Shown here: piece by piece, positions 59,645-64,000 of the stretch
Layout: each line of letters begins with the position of its first letter
How positions within the stretch are numbered: the first letter of the stretch is position 1
Source: the human T2T-CHM13v2.0 reference genome, Homo sapiens
Direction: 5' to 3' (one strand)
Assembly (NCBI RefSeq): GCF_009914755.1
Contig: NC_060947.1
DNA length: 64,000 nucleotides
Translations under genes and position numbers: made by a program
Notes under the pieces: model-generated
Database searches by the model: none
Seen by the model: the letters and a program-made list of their open reading frames with translations, nothing else
Told to the model about the DNA's origin: nothing

Positions 59645-60740
59645 TCAATATGCAGAAATTATTTCCAGGGTGAGTCTTCAGACTTAGATTTCCCATTGGA
59701 ACAAGCCAAGGAAGAAAGTGTTAGGAATGTTCACTCTCCCATTCAAGCCGGCAGAGGTCTACCAGCCTCCTTTCAGGGGAAGACTTCTGGTCTGGTGTTA
59801 TTGCTACAGTAAGCTGCGAAAGACTGTATAGGGAGTTCCCACTCTCCTTTTTAGGTAAGCAGAAGTTTCATCCCTTCCTTCAAGAGGTGGTGTGGGTTTG
59901 TCACTGTAACTAGCCAGGGAAGAAGGCAGACAGAGTGCTCACTCTCCTATTCAGGAACACCAAGATCTCTAAGCCTCCTTCCAGTGATAGATTGCTGAGA
60001 TTTATGGGGTAGAACAAGCCAAGGAAGGAGACACAAAGAGTGCTGTCCCTCCAGTTCTTGCTCCCAGTGGCCTCTAACCTCTTTCCAGGGAGAGCCTGTA
60101 TGCTTGGTTTTATTGCTGCTGCATGCTGGGGAAGAAGATTTTGGGCATGTAATTTCTCTATTTAGGCTTCAGAAGGTTTATTCTTTATTTGTTATGAAAG
60201 CTCCTAGATACTAACCTTTTAGAAGCCAGAACCACAGGGATCTACTGGAAAAGTATGCAGGCAAATTGTTTCCAGGGTGAACTTGGGAGTTGGACTGATT
60301 CCAGGGGTGACAGCTTCTGGAAGTGCTCACATGGTTGAATACTTCTTCTCCCGACTTTGTTCATTTTGCTTTGGGAAGATACTTTGGTGCTTAGTGCCTG
60401 CTACTACTCAACCAAGATGATTTAAGAGCCAAGCCTTCTGGCAGGGGCCATAAAAGTTGGGGTGCAAGCCTCTCACCCCTCAGGAAGAAGCTGAAAGTTG
60501 GTAAATCCTTTATGATTGTGAAGTGCTATGCTCAGGGTAAACTTGGTGCTAGAGTATATTTCCGCTTTTTCTGCATGTTTTGATGTGTATAGTTTCTTAG
60601 ACATTCAGTGTGTAAGAGTCTTCCAAATAGATTCTGGCTTTCTTTTGAAGAGAATCCAACTGTGTGTAGATATTTACTCAATTTATCCATGAGAGATAGT
60701 CAAGGGCCTCCTATTCTACCATTTGCTGACATCACTCCTA
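59645..60740 (-). mobile_element. Probable ancient L1M 5'UTR containing a degenerate ~105-bp tandem array
   Basis: Repeated agccaaggaaga...actctcc..ttca units; end ...tcctattctaccatttgct resembles the L1 5' terminus at ~37640. Confidence 0.5.
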
Positions 60741-60744
60741 GAAT

Positions 60745-62225
60745 TTTTATGACACACGGATAAAATGACTCTATCTTTATGAAACACCTCTCTTTATTCC
60801 TAGAAAAAATTCTTGTTCCAAACTGTATGGTATTTGGTATTAAAATAGCGATTCCAACTTTCTTATGATTACTGTTTGGAATATCTTTTAAAATCCTTTT
60901 GCTCTTGAACTATATTTCCTTTAAAGTGAGTTTCTTGTAGAATAGAGTTTTTTCATTGTCCCATCAGATGATCTCAGCCTTTTAACTGGAGATTTACATG
61001 CACATGTAATGTATTTAGTGATATACCAGGTTTAAATAAACCTACTTTCTATTTGCCCTCTCTTTTCTTTAATCATTTTTTCCCTTTTTTTCTGTCTTAT
61101 TTTGGATTAGTTGCATATTTTAGTATTCCATTTTATTTACACTATTGGCTTAGTTGCTATACTTTTATTCCTACTTCCAGCTCTTTGTGATATAAATAAT
61201 CTACTTCCGTATGTGTGATTAAATAATAACACATCATTTTTTCTATATAATTTAAAGAATCTAGAGATGAGGAAATAAATACCTCTCATTTACCACTTTG
61301 GGTGGTTTTTATTAATTTGTATATTTAAAGGTTTACATGTGGTAGCACTTTTCTTTTTCCTAACAAACTTTCTTCCACATTTCCCATAGTTCAGGTCTGC
61401 TGGCCACAGCTGTCTCTGAGTTTATTGTTCCAAAATCGTCTTTAGTTTTCTTCATTTTTCAAATAAATTTTCACTGGCTTTACAAGTATAACTTTTCAGG
61501 TTTTTGTGTGTTTGTTTTCACAGCCCTTTGTAGATGCTGTTTCATTATTTGCCTGGCTTACATGGTTTCTGAGAGAAAGTATAACACCCTTTCTAAGAGC
61601 TAAGTTTTATAAAAAATGGTGTCTTTTCTCTGGTTACTTTTAAATATTTATTTTTTATTATTCATTTTTAAGCTATTTGAATTTCGTATGTCTTTGTTCA
61701 GTTTTCTTTTTTTATCTTGCTTTATTTTATTAAGTTTTCTGAATCCATGCTTTCATAGATGCTTTCAAACTTGGAAAATGTTCTTGAATATTGTTTGTAC
61801 CTTTCATTCCCTCTCCTTTCCTAATGATATTCCAACTACATGTATATTATACAATTTGATGTTGTCTGAAAAGTCACCAAGGTTCTGTTTGTTCTTTCAG
61901 TCTTTTTTTTCCTTTGTTACTCATGTATATTAAGTCTTATTGCTATGTGATCAAATGCATTTATCTTTCTTTATGCAGTGTTGGAAGCATTGTTAATCCA
62001 ATCCAGTGAAATTTGTATGTTCTTTATCATACTTTTTTCTAGAAATGACATTCTAATTTTATCTATTCCATTTTTCCTCATTAAGTTTGTGTTTTCCTAA
62101 ACATATGTGAGCATATTGGTGATATTTGCAATCGTTATTTAAAAGATCTTGTCTGTTGATCACAGCATCTCTCCCCTTTCTGTGTGTTTCTACTGAGTTA
62201 TCCCTTGCTTATGAGTCACATTTAT
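60745..62225 (-). mobile_element. Ancient L1M (L1MC/ME-like) inter-ORF/ORF1 region
   Basis: T-rich antisense L1 motifs ttccaactttcttatgatta, taaagtgagtttcttgtag, tgttaatccaatccagtgaa. Confidence 0.65.
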
Positions 62226-62756
62226 TTCTTCTTAGATCTAGTAATATATTAGTACACAGATTTCAAGGTGAATGAAGTTACAGTATTATGACACTAGGCT
62301 AAAGTGAAGTATAAGATTTTATCCTGCTTTTGAAAATACGAAGTTAAGCATCTTTTTTTTCCCAAACTTGAAACACGTAATCATTCATTTATTTCATAAA
62401 CATTTATTGATCTTGGCACTTTTTTGGTTGCTGATGAAAATATCATTACAGAAAGAGAGACTTTGACAATTATTTATTCAGTAAACTAAAATATTTTCTA
62501 AATTTCTTAGCCATTTCTCGCAGAGTCAAAAGCAAATTAGACTGTAGGATTTTCTAGGGTATGAACTAGGACTGAATTATATTTGTATCTATCCTCCAAT
62601 CACTTAGCACAGTCAATAACAGGAGCTCAATAAACATTGCATTTAATCAAAAGGCAGGTAAAGAAGAAGTCTGTAAGAAATATAGAAGAAGTCTCTATTT
62701 CTTTGACTTCCCTAGAAAACTAAGAAGCCTGCCTTTTTCTTTAAAAAAAAAAGCTA

Positions 62757-62879
62757 TTATTTATCTATTTTTTAAATTTTATTTCTCTTTAAGTTCCAGT
62801 ATACGTGTGCAGAATGTGCAGGTTTGTTACATAGGTATACATATGCCATGGTGGTTTGCTGCACTTATCAACCCGTCAT
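62757..62879 (-). mobile_element. Short L1PA (PA7-8-like) 3' end
   Basis: ttaagttcc.gtatacgtgtgcagaatgtgcaggtttgttacataggtatacat.tgccatggtggtttgctgcac. Confidence 0.88.
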
Positions 62880-63720
62880 AAGTGACAAATTATGGTTGAC
62901 ATTTCCAAGTGATAATTTTACTTAAGTGGCAAAAATGTACCACATAAAAAGATTACATAAGAATGTCTAAGACTTTTCTGAATATGTTTAATCTTACATT
63001 TTTCTATTCAGTATGCTGCATTCTGTAAAGTCACTTTCATTTTCACAAAGGTTCAATTATGCACATTTTCTTGGTTAATCTGGCTGCAGAACTGGATGGT
63101 TACTTTGCTTACTTCTAAATTGCTAATTTATTGTTTGTGAGCTATTACCTATATAATAATTGTAAGAATTAAACCTTAAAAGGGATTACGAATTAATCTC
63201 AGAACACAGACTGGTTCTTCTCAAGTGTAGCTACAGGTATTTATTAAGCCCAAATTCAACCCTCTTCCACAATGTACCTGGATTAGAAAATGTTAAATGG
63301 TAAGTAGGACTGACTTCATTCGGAATGGGTGTTAACATTCAGATGTACTAATAAATTCTTGAGGTAGAAAAATATTTGACTGAAAAACTAAAGGCATGCA
63401 TTTTCTGTGGCTAGATTATTACTCTGATTTTTTTACAGTAAGAACTAATTTGGTATTTAGCCATTATATATGTTGAATGATAGCAAGTGATTAATGAAAA
63501 CTGAATAAGTAACATAGGGAAACACAGAAATCTATAATTTGCCATCATATTCACAGTGTTAGAGAATGTAAAACGAGGCATCCACCTCAATCCCTAATAT
63601 ACATTCAAAATAGCTTATGTTCATTAAGAAATTTGCCTAAAATAATATGTCAGGAATTCAGATTAACAGTCCAGGATTTTTCCATTCATCTGTACTGATT
63701 GTTTTCTTTGTATTTAGCTA

Positions 63721-64000
<280 letters not shown>

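Overview
AT-rich, CpG-depleted primate (human-like) genomic DNA made mostly of transposable-element relics. I found no cellular protein-coding gene, RNA gene or CRISPR array, and every recognisable ORF is a fragment of L1, THE1/MST, MER52, HERV-L, Tigger1, Alu or a microsatellite. Contents include full-length MST and THE1 MaLR proviruses, a near full-length old L1 with nested MER52/THE1/L1PA insertions, a full-length Tigger1, an MLT2A-HERVL 5' fragment, seven Alus/Alu monomers and four young L1PA copies clustered at 33.5-48.4 kb. The most notable signal is in that cluster. Two inverted L1PAs of different subfamily share a 263-bp perfectly identical, subfamily-mosaic tract, and non-consensus variants recur among all four copies, suggesting local gene conversion and a possible inversion substrate. 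Other observations are reuse of one L1 endonuclease site, short 3' tail inserts, a twin-primed L1, templated-insertion scars, a micro-inversion in a Tigger3 MITE and intact DUX4 motifs in MaLR LTRs. I see no evidence for a novel gene-encoded system. Subfamily names come from recalled consensus sequences and need RepeatMasker/Dfam confirmation.
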